Below, piece after piece: positions 25,853 through 37,904 of a DNA stretch of 64,000 nt (position 1 is the stretch's first letter; every line of letters starts with the position of its first letter). The notes beneath the pieces are model-generated. The model did not search any database, was not told the DNA's origin, and saw only the letters and a list, made by a program, of their open reading frames with translations. This DNA comes from Chiloscyllium plagiosum (Eukaryota). Where the stretch lies: assembly GCF_004010195.1 (NCBI RefSeq), contig NC_057711.1:80511846-80575845 (forward strand), read 5' to 3'. A program made the translations under genes and the position numbers.

Positions 25853-28120
25853 TTTATTAAAGGAATTAAAATACCTCAGGTTTTCTTTAGGAAACGTCCA
25901 CCTTTTCCATAGATTCTCTCAACAGTGTGCAGCATTTCATACTCTTGGGTATTTTAATGCATCGTTTACACAATGACACACTTGTTGTCATAGCCAAATA
26001 AGAAAGCAAGATTTCGGAATACCAATGCCACTTTTCCCTGAGTAATCAAATATTTCCTCAGCTTGTAATGCAAGGAAACAAACATACTTCTGGGGTATTC
26101 CTCCTGCCGAGCTACAAGAGAGGTCATTGCCATCAGAAATTCCTGGTTTCAGAAAGCTGCAAAATTTTAATCATCGCATTTCCCAACTTAGAAGGTTTTT
26201 GGAAACATTACTCATTGTTCTTTGTACCACAAAAGAGTGCTAGCCAGGTTGGAGCTGGCCCCATTCCTATTTAAAATGGGTTTGGACCAGAGTATTGCTG
26301 TAAACGATAAATTGGCTTGATAAAAGAAAATTGTAATCCTGACTTCAAACAAAAAGCTTTACACCTGTGTTGTGGACCTGTCCAGCAGGCTGACTGGCAT
26401 GAGCTCAGGTCAGGCTGACCAAAGACCAAATCGATTTGGCGGGTTTGCTTAACCAGTTTTAACCAGAACAGAATGTACTAAGCTGAATGGAAATACAAAC
26501 AATGGCATAACTTTTAGACTCGAGGAGCATATAGTTTGATATGTAAGCAAGAGAGTGTTTAAGAGGACAAAAAAGTGTGAGTACTTCAACCCGTCAACTT
26601 CCGTACTTAATGTGTAGATTAGATTGTTTTCTCTGAAGAGGGTTGGATGGTTCATAAGGATTAATGAGTTAATTGGAGTGGTATTTGAACATGGGTTTAA
26701 CTTGAGTGCCACATCTACTGGTTTCCTGAGCATTCTGAAAGCTGACAGAAAAAGAAAGGAAAGAAGACAGCAGCAAATAAGGAGAATCAGTCACACTTGG
26801 TTTAAAAGATAGTGCAACACATACTCAGTATACACAACTGTTCCTTACCGGCTGGTAGGAATTTCTTCATTCTCAGTACTTTTATATTTCTACATTCTGG
26901 AGGTGTACTGACTTAAATCAGGGTGGGTAGGACCATGGCTGTCTTAGTTTAGATGTCAGGTAGGGAGTAAACTGACCAGTCACATCAACAAAGGCAGTCT
27001 ACAATGGAGAGACCTCCAGCTGACATTAAAGGGCAGAATTTCAGAAACGCGAAGGTCATAATACCCATAATAATGGGTTGGGTTTCCTTGATTTATTGGA
27101 ATAGCAATGTAAAGGAGGTTTATTTTTCATGGCAGACATCTGCATCCTCTTTGCTGGATATAACGTCCTGATGTCACTATGCGCTGCCACAGTTAATATT
27201 GCACTCATTTTTAAATAACAATCATTTATGGACTAAGGGGATTGCTGACAAGGACAATATTTATTACCAATTCCTTAAATTGCACTGGAGAAGGTGGTGA
27301 TGAGCTGCCTTCTTGAACCACTGATATCTTTGGAGCATAGAGATATTCACAATCCTATTCTAAAGAGAGTTAATTTGATCCAGCAACAGTGAAGGAAAAA
27401 TGATATAAGTCCAAGTCAAGATGGTGAGTTGCTTGGAGGGGCATCTTGTGAGGGTGATGGAATTCCCATGCACCTATTGCCCTTGACCTTCAATGTAATC
27501 AAGGTTATGAATTAGGAAAGTGCTGTTGAAGGAGCCTTGGTAACTTTTTATAGTGCATCTTGTAAATGATACACACTGCTACACAATAAAACCAGACCCA
27601 ACATTAAATCATAACTGGTCAAGCTAAAATGTGCACTGAACTTATTTCCAGGTTTCTCTCTCAGTATCAAACCCTCAACTCCTCCCCTTACCACAATCCC
27701 CCCAACCCCTCATCACCACTGTTTCTAATATAAATCTAAGTTAGTTTTGAGAAAGAATATTGTTGGTGATATGTTTGCTTATCTCAGAAGCTGGACACTG
27801 CAATGAATTCAATGTCTCTGAGATAAGGATGACAAAGCCAAACCTAGTTTTATGTTCCCAGTTTGCTGTTGACTGTCTTCATCTGAAAAACGTGCAGAAA
27901 ACAGTTCAAGAGCTGGCTAGGAAACTTAATCTGTCAAAATTGAGTGATTCCAGCAATGCCTAATAATTGGTCAGCTAACTATTTGCTAATTGCTTAGGTG
28001 TTTGAAACATGTCAAGAAGATTGCTTACCTTGCATCTTCATCCTGATTGACCCAACAGACATATATTCACAATTTGCAAGAACATATCATTTCCTTGCTT
28101 CCAGAGTGGGAGATATCCTA
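25510..28120 (-). pseudogene. Cluster of exon-like remnants with short GT-AG introns
   Basis: Introns 27960-28028 (gtaagc...attag) and 26742-26848 (gtaagg...ctgat...tttctttttctgtcag); acceptor ctaac...ttttttag at 25801; spliced reading ...SG*RCK|ALLESL; in-frame stops present. Confidence 0.45.
27225..27580 (-). mobile_element. Old LINE 3' fragment
   Basis: gagaaggtggtgatgagctgccttcttgaacc motif; related sequence at 31620-31770. Confidence 0.5.
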
Positions 28121-28204
28121 GGCCCAGCTATTAACTTCACTGCTGGTCTAACTTGTAATTTTATTGGTGAAGGTACAAGAATTTCCCAAGTGGCTTATTA
28201 ATAA

Positions 28205-29865
28205 GAAGGTTGTACTGGAGAAATTAGTGGGCTGAAAATGTATAAATCCCCCAGACCTGATACCTAAGTTCTATCATGTTGAAGGAGAAATTATTGATAC
28301 GTTGGTGAGCATCTTCCAAAATTCTATAGATTCTGACATGATCCCTGCATATTAGAAGTAATTAAATGCCGAAAATGTGTTGCTGGAAAAGCGTAGCAGG
28401 TCAGGCAGCATCCAAGGAGCAGGAGAATCGACATTTCGGGCATGACCCCTTCTTCAGGAATGGGCTGCGCTTTTCTAGCAACACATTTTCAGCTCTGATC
28501 TCCTCACTTTCTCCTAGTAATTAAATACCACCTTGCTATTTAAAAAGAATGTGAGAGGGAAAAAAAGGAACTACAGACCTGTTAGACTTTACATCAGTAG
28601 TAGAGAAAATGGTAGAGATTAGTATAAAAGATGCGATTAGTGAATTCTTAGATAAGAATGATCTGATTGGGCACAATCAACATGAATTTGCAAATGGAAG
28701 GTCCATTTTGATGAACTTGTTATAGTTTTTTGAGGATAGTACGCACAAAATGGAGAAAGGAGAGTGCATACCTATAATATATTTGGATTTTCAGAAGTCT
28801 TTTGACAAGGTCATCCACAGTAAATTTGTTAACCACATTAAAGCACATGGAATAGGTAGTAATTATTCATGGATTAAGGATTAGCTGTCAAACAGAAAAC
28901 AAGAGAATGGGAATGAATGGCTCATTCTCACATTGGCAGACTGTGACTAATAGGGTATTTGCTGCAAGGATTAGATTTCCACAATCTATGATTTGGATGT
29001 GGAGATCAAATTTACAGGTGATACAAGGCTAAGTAGCATTGTGTTTTGTGAAGAAGATGTAAAATGGCTTTGGTGGGATTTGGACAGGCTTAGTGTGTGA
29101 GTAGGAACATGGCATATGGAATTTAATGTGAAAAAGTATGATGTTATCATTTTGATAACAGAAACAAACGTACATATTATTTCTTAAATGGTAAGAATTT
29201 GGAAGGTACCGATGTAAAAACGGTTCTATTTTTCTTTGTCAATGAATCACTTAAAATTAACATGCAGGTGAAGCAAACTATTTGGAAGGCTAATGGAATG
29301 TTAATCTTTATTGCAAGAGAATGTGAGTAAAGGTGTAGTGAAGTCTTGCTTCAATCATATAGGAACTTGGTTAGACCACAGCTGGAGTACTGTGTGTAGT
29401 TGTAGTCTCCTTACCGCAGAAAAGATAACACTTTCATCGAGGAAGTGCAACAAACATTCACCAGACGTATTCTCAGGATAGGGGACTGACCTATGAAGAG
29501 AGATTGGGTCAACTCAGTCCATTTTCTGTGGAATTTTGAAGAATGAGGTGATCTCATTGAAAGCTATAAAAAACTTAAAGCTTTAGACAGGATAGTTTCA
29601 GATAAGATGTTTCTCTTGGTGTTGAAGTCCAATATCAGGGGGCATAAATTAAAGACACCATTTAGGACCAAGTTGAGGAGTAATGATTCTACTCAAGAGA
29701 TTGTGAATCTTAGAATTCTCTACTCCAGAGGACTTTGGAAGCTTACACTTTGATCATATTTGAAGTAGAAATGGATAGATTTCTGATTACCCATGTAATA
29801 AGGGTTATGGTAGAGTCATAAATGGTAGAACAGGCCTGTTGGGTTAAATAGTCTACTCCTGTTCC
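28205..29865 (+). mobile_element. Degenerate CR1 ORF2 (RT) to 3' UTR
   Basis: KSPRPD, NYRPV, IYLDFQKSFDKV, LVRPQLEYCV; 3' UTR at ~29830-29865. Confidence 0.85.
28368..28515. mobile_element. Minimal Penelope-like insertion (inverted ends plus hammerhead)
   Basis: 11-bp TSD agtaattaaat at 28357-28367 and 28516-28526; gaaaatgtgttgctggaaaagcg / cgcttttctagcaacacattttc inverted pair. Confidence 0.8.
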
Positions 29866-30749
29866 TATGTTGCTAATTGAACCAGTTAGAACATGGCTTC
29901 CTTCCTTTTTGCCCTCCCAATCCTCAATAGTAGGTTGTAAGAATCAGAAAAGACAGCAGTATCACCTTCACCTTGGCAGTACAGACTCAATGGGCCAAAG
30001 GGCCTCTTCAGTGCTGTATGATTCTATGATTCAAAGGAATGAATGTTTCCCTTGTTCTAAGACTTTATAAAAGCAAACTCCATATCACAATGGCTGAAAG
30101 AGACTGAATGTTTCTGTCCAAATATTTCAGAACAATTACTGAGGTCACCCATTGTTCCTTCACTTCAAAAGATAAATATAAATTCCTAGTTAAAATGAGC
30201 TGACAAGCAACATAAAGGATCACCTATACAGAACTCAACAATTAGATAATGGACTTTTTCTATTTTTCAAAATATTGAAAATTTGACAGTACAATGTGCT
30301 GAAATTTGCAGAAAGAGTTTTGTTTATTTTAAAGTATCTGGGTAAAATCTAAATGTTTGGTCCTTTAATGGTCAGTATGTTGCATGACGGCTTCTGGCAG
30401 TTGCATTATAGAGAGACTTAGAAAAGGAATGATTAATAGGTTCATAATACTATTAACTGACATTTTGAGCAAAATAATTCACTTTCATGTGAGTCTTTGA
30501 AATGTACTGGGTCTTTGATGTGGAATATTTTCTGTTGCTATTGTGAAGATGAAAGGAGTTGTGTGTAATATTGGACTAATATTGTTGATTGTGACGTACA
30601 CATTAAACTGTAAACATCAGATGGCACTACATTTCATTTGCTCATCAAGAATTCACAGTGAAACATAATTAAACACTTAAAAACCTCTTGCATACTCCCA
30701 ATTGCAGTGGAAGATACTTGCAATATAGTTTCTGTTATTATTTCACAAG

Positions 30750-31308
30750 ATGGAATGTTGTGAGCAGCTTTGTGCCCCTTATCTCAGGAAGGATGTGCTG
30801 GCATTGGAGGGGCTCCACACGGTTTGCAAAAGTGCTCTCGGGGATGAAGGCTTGTCACATGGGGAGTGGTTAAGGACTCTGAGACTGTACTCAATGGAGT
30901 TCAGAAGGACAAGGGGGGATCTCATTGAAACTTACAGAATACTGAGAGGCCTGGGATAGAGGGGATGTGGAGAAGTTGTTTCCAATAATAGGATAGACTA
31001 GGACCAGAGGGCACAAACTCAGAGTGAAGGAATGATCCTTTAGAACTGAGATGAGGAGTAATTCCTTCAGCCAGAGGTGATTAATCTGTGGAGTTCATTG
31101 CCACAGAGAGCTGTGGAGGCCAAGTCATTGAGTGCATTTAAGATAGAGATAGAGAAATTCTTAACTGGTAAGAGGATTAAGGATTTTGGGGAGAAATCAG
31201 GAGAATGGGGTTGAGAAACACATCTGCCATGATAGAATGGGGGAACAGGCTAGAGGTCCGAATGGCCTAATTCTGCTCCTATTTTGTATGGTCTTATAGT
31301 CTTATGGT
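30750..31308 (+). mobile_element. CR1 3' fragment
   Basis: PYLRKDVLALEG...RGDLIETYRILRG; (atggtctt) tail. Confidence 0.85.
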
Positions 31309-34300
31309 TAGGCCAGAATTTGTTGCCCAATTGGTTGTTGTTTGGGGTAATAGTTCTGAAAGCATTAAGGTAAGAGGCTGCATTAAGCTCTACACAATCT
31401 AGTATGTGTGGATAAGGCAGGTTCTCCTATATCCACCTTTTATTCTCAGTAATAGTGTTATCTTACTAATGTAACTTGCAACTGATTGTTATCTTGCAAT
31501 ATCTTATTCATGGGTTTGTAGGTGAACCCATAGTGCTGAAAGGAAGCAAGTTCTGGGATTTTGATGCAGTGATGTGAAGAAGCATTGATAAAATTCCAAG
31601 TTTGGGATGTTTTGGGGCTTAGGTGTGAACTTGTAGGTGGCGGCACTCCCAGGTGCTACCCTTGTCTTTCTAGCTGGTAACAGTCATGAGTTTGGAAGGT
31701 GCTGTCAAAGGACTTTAGGCGAATTGATGCAAGAGATCCAGAATCTGGTGCACACTTCTGTCATTGTGCATCAGTGATGAAAAGAAAAGCTGTTGAAGGT
31801 GTTGGAAGAGCTGCCAATAAAGGGGACTGCTTTGTCCTAACGGTGTCGACCTTCTTGGTCATCTCGACAAGTGGAAGATATTCCATCACTATCCCATGTT
31901 GTGCCTTGTAAATGCTGGATAGTGTTAGGAAGAGAGTTACTGACCACAGAATTTTTGGTTTCTGACTTGCTGCTATGGCCATACTGTTTATGTGGCTGGT
32001 GTTGTTCTTCCTCCCTGTTATCATCAATCTCTGCTCTAAAACCCACATTTTGATCTTGCAGTCAAGTTATTGACCTCCAGCATCTCTTCTCTAAGAGATC
32101 ACCTTCCTCTTGTTTCCCTCTTTCTTATCCATTGTCTCTATAGTTGATTGACCAGTCTCACAGCATCGCTTCCATCTTTCCTCTTCCTGAATTGCATCCA
32201 ACCACTGCACATCTTTTACAGATATAAGGTCAGCTTGCAAAGAGATGTTTAAAGGCACCCACATCTATTTTTCCATCATATCTCATTACCCTTCAACAAG
32301 TTCCAGAATTGCTTGTTGAACTTTCAATATGGGATGGGCTGAGTAATGGGACTGTCATAAATCATCTTCTTCAGACCCATTACAAATTTTGTTCAGATGA
32401 ATGAAAAGTGGTCTGATTGAAAGATTGTGAGGGGATTTGAAAGGTGGCTATTAAGAGGTTATTTCCTCTTATAGAGGAAATGGAACTTGAGAGCACAGTA
32501 TAAGGAGAAAGGGTTCCCCTTAAAGCTGGATATAAGGATAAATTCTTTTTGTCTAAGTGTGACCAAATGTAAATGAATATTTCGAGTGTAGTGAATTAAT
32601 TATGGGAATAATGTTGTGTCTTCACCTAGGCAGGTTGCAAGTTTCTTTGATTTGGAAACATTATTAGAAATAGCCAAGAAAGCATCTAATACTACTTACA
32701 GCCCTGGAAAATTGTTGAAAATTGATTTACTTAAGGTGTAACTGGACTGATAGATGATACTATCAAGTGAACTGCACTGAAAAAACCAAAGCAATCAAGT
32801 GAACAGGCTGGGCCCTTGTCTTTAGCGATCATGTTTCAGAACTGTACTTTTACGTTCTTTTTTGACAATTGAAACACATCCAAGATGGAGGACGGGAAAA
32901 ATTTCTGGCTGTAACAGGCTGCTTCTTTTATAAGGTATTTTAGGTGTTGGAGGTGATTTCCTCGAATTCCAGGAGCAGCAATTACTGTTTTATAAGCTGT
33001 TACATTGTTTTGGAACATGGTGAGGTCAGTGCAGAAGAGACAGAGAGAGAGAGAGAGAGAGAAAGAAACCCACACTGCTAACTGACACAGCAGTGAACCA
33101 GCGCAGTTTGCTGTTTGCTTTGCTGTTTGAATTCATGTATCGCTGGACATCGGAGTGCATCTGGGAAAATTAACAAACAGTGAAAGTCACAACTGATCTT
33201 GCAGGAACCTGTTTGGGAGAGGTCACAGCACAGGAAGAGGTAAGTAGATAGTTTTAAGTGGGCCTTGAGGCCTTTCTGTAAGCCTGCATTGGGGAATAGA
33301 GTGGGTTCTTTCTTGATTATGTGTTTTATTGAGATATGTCTCTTGATTAAGCTTAACAATATAAGCCATTAGTATTGAGTTAGCCTGAAGCAGTGTTTTG
33401 CAGAGGAATAAGACAGGGCTATTTTCTGGGTCTGCAGATTGGAAGAAGCAAAAATAGCCCTTAGTAGAGTGATATGCTCTTCTTGTCAGATGTGGGAGTT
33501 TAGAGAGAGTTTACGTGTTACTGAGGATTATATCTGCAATAAATGCCATTGGTTGCAAATCCTATCAGATTGAATGGAACCATTGGAGTGACAGGGGATG
33601 TGATGGATGGCAGTTATAGGAAGGGAGAAAAATTGCAGATATAATCACATAGATGGGTTAAATGTAGGAAAAGTAAGAGAGGTAGGCAGCTAGTGCAGGG
33701 ATCTTCTGTGGCTTTCCCCATTTCAATCAAGTATGCTCTTTTCGAAAATGTAGGGGGTGATGGATTCTCAGGGGTATGTAGCACAAACAGCCAAGTTTCT
33801 GGTATTGATCTGGCTCTAATGCAATGAGGGGTATGTTGGGTTCCAAGAGATCAATTATGCTGGGTGACTGTCTAGTCTGAGGCACAGACAGACATTTCTG
33901 TGGCTAGCAGCAAAAAATCAGAATGGTGTGTTGCTTCCCTGCTGCCAGGATCCAGGATGTCCCAGAAAGGGTGCAAAATGTTCTCAAGGGGAGAGGGATC
34001 AGCAGGAGTCATTGTATACATTGGAACCAATTACATAGGAAGGGAAAAGGATGAGATTCTGAAGGAAGAATATAGAGAATTAAGCAGGAATTTAAAAAGG
34101 AGGTCCTCAAGAGTAGCAATATCTGGATTACTCCCCGTGCTACGACCTAGTGAGGGCAGGAATATAAGGATAGAGCCGGTGAATGCATGGCTGAGGAGCT
34201 GGTGTATGGGAGAAGGGTTAACATTTTTGGATCATTGGAATCTCTTCTAGGATAAAGGTAACCTGTACAAGAAGGACGGATTGAACATAAGTTGGAAGGG

Positions 34301-34479
34301 GACTAATATACTGGCAGGGAGATTTGCTAGAACTGCTCAGGTGGATATAAACCATTAAGGTGGGGGAGTGAGACCAAGGAAATGGTGAGAAAAGAGCTCA
34401 ATCTGAGACTGGTATGGTTGAGAACAGGAGAGAGTCAAACAGTCAGGGCAGGCAGGGACAAAGCAGAGAAAAAGGTAGG

Positions 34480-34575
34480 TAAAAGCAAGGACTGCAGATG
34501 CTGGAAACCAGATTCTAGATTAGAGTGGTGCTGGAAAAGCACAGTAGTTCAGGCAGCATCCGAGGAGCAGAGAAA
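34480..34575 (-). mobile_element. Penelope-like terminus running into the gap
   Basis: ggactgcagatgctggaaaccaga...gtggtgctggaaaagcacag is the reverse complement of the 4430-4480 end. Confidence 0.75.
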
Positions 34576-35192
34576 ANNNNNNNNNNNNNNNNNNNNNNNN
34601 NNNNNNNNNNNNNNNNNNNNNNNNNNNNNNNNNNNNNNNNNNNNNNNNNNNNNNNNNNNNNNNNNNNNNNNNNNNNNNNNNNNNNNNNNNNNNNNNNNNN
34701 NNNNNNNNNNNNNNNNNNNNNNNNNNNNNNNNNNNNNNNNNNNNNNNNNNNNNNNNNNNNNNNNNNNNNNNNNNNNNNNNNNNNNNNNNNNNNNNNNNNN
34801 NNNNNNNNNNNNNNNNNNNNNNNNNNNNNNNNNNNNNNNNNNNNNNNNNNNNNNNNNNNNNNNNNNNNNNNNNNNNNNNNNNNNNNNNNNNNNNNNNNNN
34901 NNNNNNNNNNNNNNNNNNNNNNNNNNNNNNNNNNNNNNNNNNNNNNNNNNNNNNNNNNNNNNNNNNNNNNNNNNNNNNNNNNNNNNNNNNNNNNNNNNNN
35001 NNNNNNNNNNNNNNNNNNNNNNNNNNNNNNNNNNNNNNNNNNNNNNNNNNNNNNNNNNNNNNNNNNNNNNNNNNNNNNNNNNNNNNNNNNNNNNNNNNNN
35101 NNNNNNNNNNNNNNNNNNNNNNNNNNNNNNNNNNNNNNNNNNNNNNNNNNNNNNNNNNNNNNNNNNNNNNNNNNNNNNNNNNNNNNNNNNNN
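34576..35192. other. Assembly gap (617 N)
   Basis: Run of N. Confidence 1.
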
Positions 35193-37904
35193 CAGACGTT
35201 CGCAGGTAAAGGGACGGCTGGAAAATGGAAAGCCTTCAGAAATGAGATAACAAGAATCCAGAGAAAGTATATTCCTGTTAGGGTGAAAGGAAAGGCTGAT
35301 AAGTAAAAAGAATGCTGGATAACTAAATAAACTGAGGGTTTGGTTAAGAAAAAGAAGGAAGCATATGTCAGATATAGACAGGATAGATCAAGTGAGTCCT
35401 TAGAAGAGTATAAAGGCAGTAGTATACCTAAGAAGGAAATCAGGAGGGCAAAAAGAGGACATTAGCTAGCTTTGGCAAATAGAGTTAAGGAGAATCCAAA
35501 GGGTTTTTACAAATACATTAAGGATAAATGGGGAACTAGGGAGAGATTAGGGCCCCTCAAAGATCAGCAAGGCGGCCTTTGTGTGGAGTTGTAGGAGATG
35601 GGGGAGACACTAAACAAGTATGTTGCATCAATGTTTACTTTGGAAAAGGACATGGAAGAAAAAGAATGCAAGGAAATAGATGGTGACATCTTGAAAAATG
35701 TCCATATTACAGAGGATGACGTGCTGGATTTCTTGAAACACATAAAAGTGGATAAATCCCCAGGACCTGATCAGGTGTACCCTAGAACTCTGTGGGAAGC
35801 TAGGGCCTCTTGCTGAGATATTTGTATCATCGATACAGATGAGGTGCCAAAAAAACTGGAGGTTGACTAATGTGGTGCCACTGTTTAAGAAAGTTGGTTA
35901 GGACAAGCCAGGGAACTATAGGCCAGTGAGCCTGATGTAGGTGGTGGGCAGATTGGTGGAGGTAATCCTGAGGGAAAGGATGGACATATATTTGGAAAGG
36001 CAAGGACTGACTAGGGATAGTCAACATGGCTTTGTGCATGGGAAATCATGTCAAACAAACTTGATTTAGTTTTTTGAAGAAGTAACAAAGAGGATTGATA
36101 GAACGTGATCTATATGAACTTCAGTAAGGCATTCGACAAGGGTCCCCATGGGAGACTGGTTAACAAGGTTAGATCTCATGGAATACAGGGAGAACTTGCC
36201 ATTAGGATACAGAACTGGCTCAAAGATAGGGTGGTGGTGGAGAGTTGTTTTTCAGACGGGAGGCCTGTGACCAGTGGAGTGCCACAAGAATCGGTGCTGG
36301 GTCCACTACTTTTCATCTATATAAATGATTTGGATGTGAGCTTAAGAGACATAGTTAGTAAGTTTGCAGATGACACCAAAATTGGAGGTGTCGTGGACAG
36401 CTAAGAAGGTTATCTCGGAGTTTAACAGGTTCTTGATCAGATGGGCTAATGGGCTGAGAAGTGGCAGATGGAGTTTAATTTAGATAAATGCGAGATGCTG
36501 CATTTTGGGAAAGCAAATCTTAGCAGGACTTATACACTTAATGGTAAGGTTTTAGGGAGTGTTGCTGAACAAAGAGAACTTGGAGTGCAGGTTCATAGTT
36601 CCTCGAAAGTAGACTTGTAGGTAGATAGCATATTGAAGAAGGCATTTAGTATGCTTTCCTTTATTGGTTAGAGTATTGAATGCAGGAGTTGGGAGGACAT
36701 TGATTAGGCCACTATTGGAATATTGCACATGTAATTCTGGTCTCAATCTATGAGAAGGATGTTGTGAAACTTGAAAAGGTTCAGAAAAGATTTACAAGAA
36801 TGTTGCCACGGTTGGAGGATTTGAGCTATAGGGAGAGGTTGAGTAGGCTGGGGCTGTTTTCCCTGGAGCGCCGGAGGCTGAGGAATGACCTTATAGACAT
36901 TTATAAAATCATGAGGGACATGGATAGGATAAATAGACAAGCCCTTTTCCCTGGTGTGGGGGAGTCAAGAACTAGAGGGCATCAGTTTAGGGTGAGAGGG
37001 GACCTAAGGGGCAACCTTTTCACGCAGAGGGTGGTACGTGTGTGGAATGAGCTGCCAGAGGAAGTAGTGGAGGCTGGTACAATTGCAACATTTAAAAAGC
37101 ATCTGGGTGGGTATATGAAGAGGAAGGGTTTAGAGGGATATGGTCCATTTGCTGGCAGGTGGGACTAGATTGGGTTGGGACATCTGGTCAGCATGGATGA
37201 GTTGGACCGAAGGGTCTGTTTCCGTGCTCTATGACTCTATGGCACTATGACCTCTGAGATCTCAGTCTTAGAACCCAGTCATTAATGGTCTGTTCAATGG
37301 ATGAGCAAAGGACTCACTGAGTATAATTCTAATTTCTTTGACCATTCTTGGGTGACTTTAACCCGGATTATGTACCAGGTCTGTTCTGAGACTATTTGTT
37401 TTGTCTAGGAATATACCAGATGTGTTAGGTCTCATTACCTGAATGTCAGTATGCCTTTAAGAGGCATTGATGATATCCTCACTGTATCGTAGTATGTGAC
37501 TCTGGTTATAAATGTTCCGTGCGCCATCTTACCTCAAACCTCTTTAACCATGAACAAATACTGAACACATGCTCCTCTTTTGCGACATAATAATAACTCA
37601 AGATCTCCTGTGCTGAGGAACACAATTCTTGGACATAATTAGAACCAATCAGAGAGGTTAACCAAATAGATACACGGATTCAGTGTGTTGTATTATGAAG
37701 GTGAGCTTTTTCCTTTGCACTTTAGAAGAGTGAAGGATGATGTCATTGAAGTGTTTCAGATTCTGAAGAATTTTGCCAAGGTGAATGTGGAAAGAACGTT
37801 TACTCTTCTAGGTCAGCCCAGAACTAGGAGGCACTGGTTTAAAATTAGTTATCATCCTTTTAGGACCATGATGAGGAGATTTTTTTCTCTCTCTCTGAGG
37901 ATCA

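Larger units (their letters stand above)
32860..37250 (+). mobile_element. Near full-length HER1/CR1 LINE (5' UTR with GA tract, ORF1, ORF2, 3' UTR) spanning the gap
   Basis: ORF1 CSSCQMWE...YICNKC and esterase IVYIGTNYIGR; ORF2 KSPGPD, FSKAFDK, GVPQESVLGPLLF, KFADDTK; 5' boundary approximate. Confidence 0.88.

Noticed and set aside
27760..28201. Plus-strand ORFs as exons
   Set aside because: They are antisense to the minus-strand exon remnants, which have stronger splice signals
34382..35250. Two long ORFs (275 and 241 aa)
   Set aside because: Artefacts of the N run
37380..37690. Small solo LTR
   Set aside because: TATA-like signal present, but no convincing TG...CA ends or TSD
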